Shown: positions 62,086 to 64,000 of the stretch, in pieces
Numbering within the stretch: the stretch's first letter is position 1
How the letters are laid out: every line of letters begins with the position of its first letter
From: Camelus ferus
Taxonomy: Eukaryota
Assembly (NCBI RefSeq): GCF_009834535.1
Contig: NC_045707.1
Span: 59,088,001-59,152,000 of the forward strand
Direction: 5' to 3'
Length of the DNA stretch: 64,000 nt
Made by a program: the position numbers and the translations under genes
The notes under the pieces: generated by a model
Database searches by the model: none
Told to the model about the DNA's origin: nothing
What the model saw: only the letters and a program-made list of their open reading frames with translations

Positions 62086-63674
62086 TCCCTCCTGCCCTCA
62101 CAGTTCTCTTCCTCTTAGAGTCAACACAGACAAGTGAAAACCACTCTAGCACACTCCATTTACTTCTTCAACAGATCTTTCTTGTTAAGCACCTACTTCG
62201 TGCTAGGCAGAAGAGCAGGCAAGAAAACAGGCAACAGATTCACTCCCGTCTTCCACGTGTTCAATGGTTATTTTATTAAGGATCTACTGTGCGATGCATG
62301 GCAGGGATACACGATGGGGGAAATGCCGATCTGGCCTCTGCTCACATCGAGCCTCAAGGGAGTTGTGCGTTACTCTAGGGAGAGGCTCATGGTGCTTGGA
62401 AACAGAAAGGAGGGGCACCCAAGGTGATTTTTGTCTCTGTGTACTCTCTATGACAGAGGGGCAGGCAAGAGATAAAAAGCACTGTCAAGACAGATTTTTC
62501 AGCAATGAATAGGAAAAAGACGGAGAGCTTTGCAAGGACAGGAAGAGAGAAAAACCAGGGGCTGTCCAGGAACTGCTCTACAGGATGTCAACTCTAGGAC
62601 AAAACCTGTGAAAAATGGAGAAGACGGCCCCTGTTCAGAAGCTTTCCTCCCTACTCACAGAAAGAGCCAAATTTATTCCTCTGTTACATATAAAACCAGT
62701 CTCATTAGTTGACATTAGGTTAAACTTGACAGGATCTAGGAACTGGACTGGGGGGCATTACTATTTTAGCCTTAAATAGCTTTATTTCTATACCACTAAT
62801 GGAGAGTAAATCAAGGGCTTATGAGAGTTCTGCAGCTGGTAAGGGGAAGCATGATGCAGATAACTATTTTTATTTAAATCAATGTGTTGTATTCATAGAG
62901 AATAGGGCAGGATGCTGCAGCTGCAAGAGAGAATTTAAAATTAGAGCAGCTTCAATAGTGCTGTTCACGATTTCATCCAAATCCCTGAGCCTTGCCCTAT
63001 AGTAAGCATCTTTTTTTAACATTTGTGATGTGTGAGTATGTGCCGGCACACACATTTAATATTTCATGGGAAATTGAGACTAAACTGCTCCAGAGTCTGA
63101 AAATAAAATTATTGTCTGTGGGATAATAATCAGTCTCTGTCTCTCCCTGTCTCTCTCTCTCCCTCCCTCCTTATGTCCACTGCTACATAGTCACGTCAAA
63201 ACTGTTACCTCATAGCTGCTGCTTCTGTAAAGAAGCAACATCATTCTATTTCCAGTATCTGAACAGGTCTTGTTTATTTCACATAAAACAGAATTATAAA
63301 AACTTTAACTCCAGTGTTATCTGACCAAAAATAATTGCTGTATTTCAAAGAGTTGCTTATGTAACCCAGATGTCCTAGATTTCCCTAGGTTTCAAGGGTC
63401 ATCTTTTCCTTTAAGGCCCAAATCAGAATAGTCCAAATCCTGACCCTGCTTATCCATAGGAGTCTGGTGTTTTTACTGGGTTTCCTTCTTCACATATTTC
63501 TGGGAACCTTCACAGATGACCTAGGTTACAGAAATAATAGTGTACAACCCTGCTTACCAAGGTATGGTCCACTTCGATGATAACATCATTCCTTTGTATC
63601 TGCAGAGTCTTTTACAAAGCACAGGCTCATTCATCGTCTTGTTTATCCTCATATTATGTTGCACACAATGCCAC

Positions 63675-63815
63675 TTGGATGCTAATGACAGACAGTTTTA
63701 ATGGTGGCTTGGCTCCACGTTTTAGGATTCCCAATCCTGTGCTCAGCCACATCCCACGTTGTCTCAAGTCTCGCGAGGTTGTTACAGTTAAATGAGCTAA
63801 TGCATGTGAGAAAAC
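63675..63815 (+). mobile_element. MIR fragment
   Basis: acagtttaatggtgg...ttcccaatcctgtgctcagccac...gaggttgttacagttaaatgagctaatgcatgtga. Confidence 0.6.
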
Positions 63816-64000
63816 AAAAGGATAAAGTGTGTTCCAAACAGATTGTTGTTGTGCTCAACACAGTTAAAGGTGTTCTGGGCCAGGCTCTCCCTTCTGTTCC
63901 ATTCTTTGGATAATGACCAGATTCTCCCTCTGCTTGTCGCATGGACTACACTGCCAAGCATACAAAGACGCTTTGTTCTGAAAATTCCTTTGCTGATAGT

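Noticed and set aside
62755..62930. MEF2 + E-box muscle enhancer
   Set aside because: The AT-rich motifs do not fit YTA(W)4TAR, and two CAGCTG boxes alone are unremarkable.
1..64000. CRISPR arrays, rRNA, operons or other prokaryotic systems
   Set aside because: No repeat-spacer arrays or long ORFs. The repeat content is unambiguously mammalian.

Overview
This is AT-rich, repeat-rich mammalian non-coding DNA (intron of a large gene or intergenic). It is probably camelid, because it holds two tRNA-Ala-headed Vic-1-type SINEs and artiodactyl/camelid-type L1 3' ends. I recognise no protein-coding gene, rRNA, true tRNA or CRISPR array. The only protein-like ORFs are L1 ORF2 C-terminal fragments. 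Much of the window is decayed L2, MIR and L1, plus solo LTRs (MER31-, MLT2-, MLT1A-, MER110-like) and DNA transposons (Charlie1, MER63, MER5, MER135). All family names are from memory, not from a database search. The most notable structure is a ~190-bp inverted duplication (47470-47665 / 50745-50930) lying next to two halves of what appears to be one L1, which suggests a fossil ~3.2-kb staggered-break inversion. Other items are a pre-miRNA-like MER135 hairpin, an ERV1 block with inverted termini, and several orphan exon candidates on both strands. Repeat boundaries are approximate unless a TSD is given.
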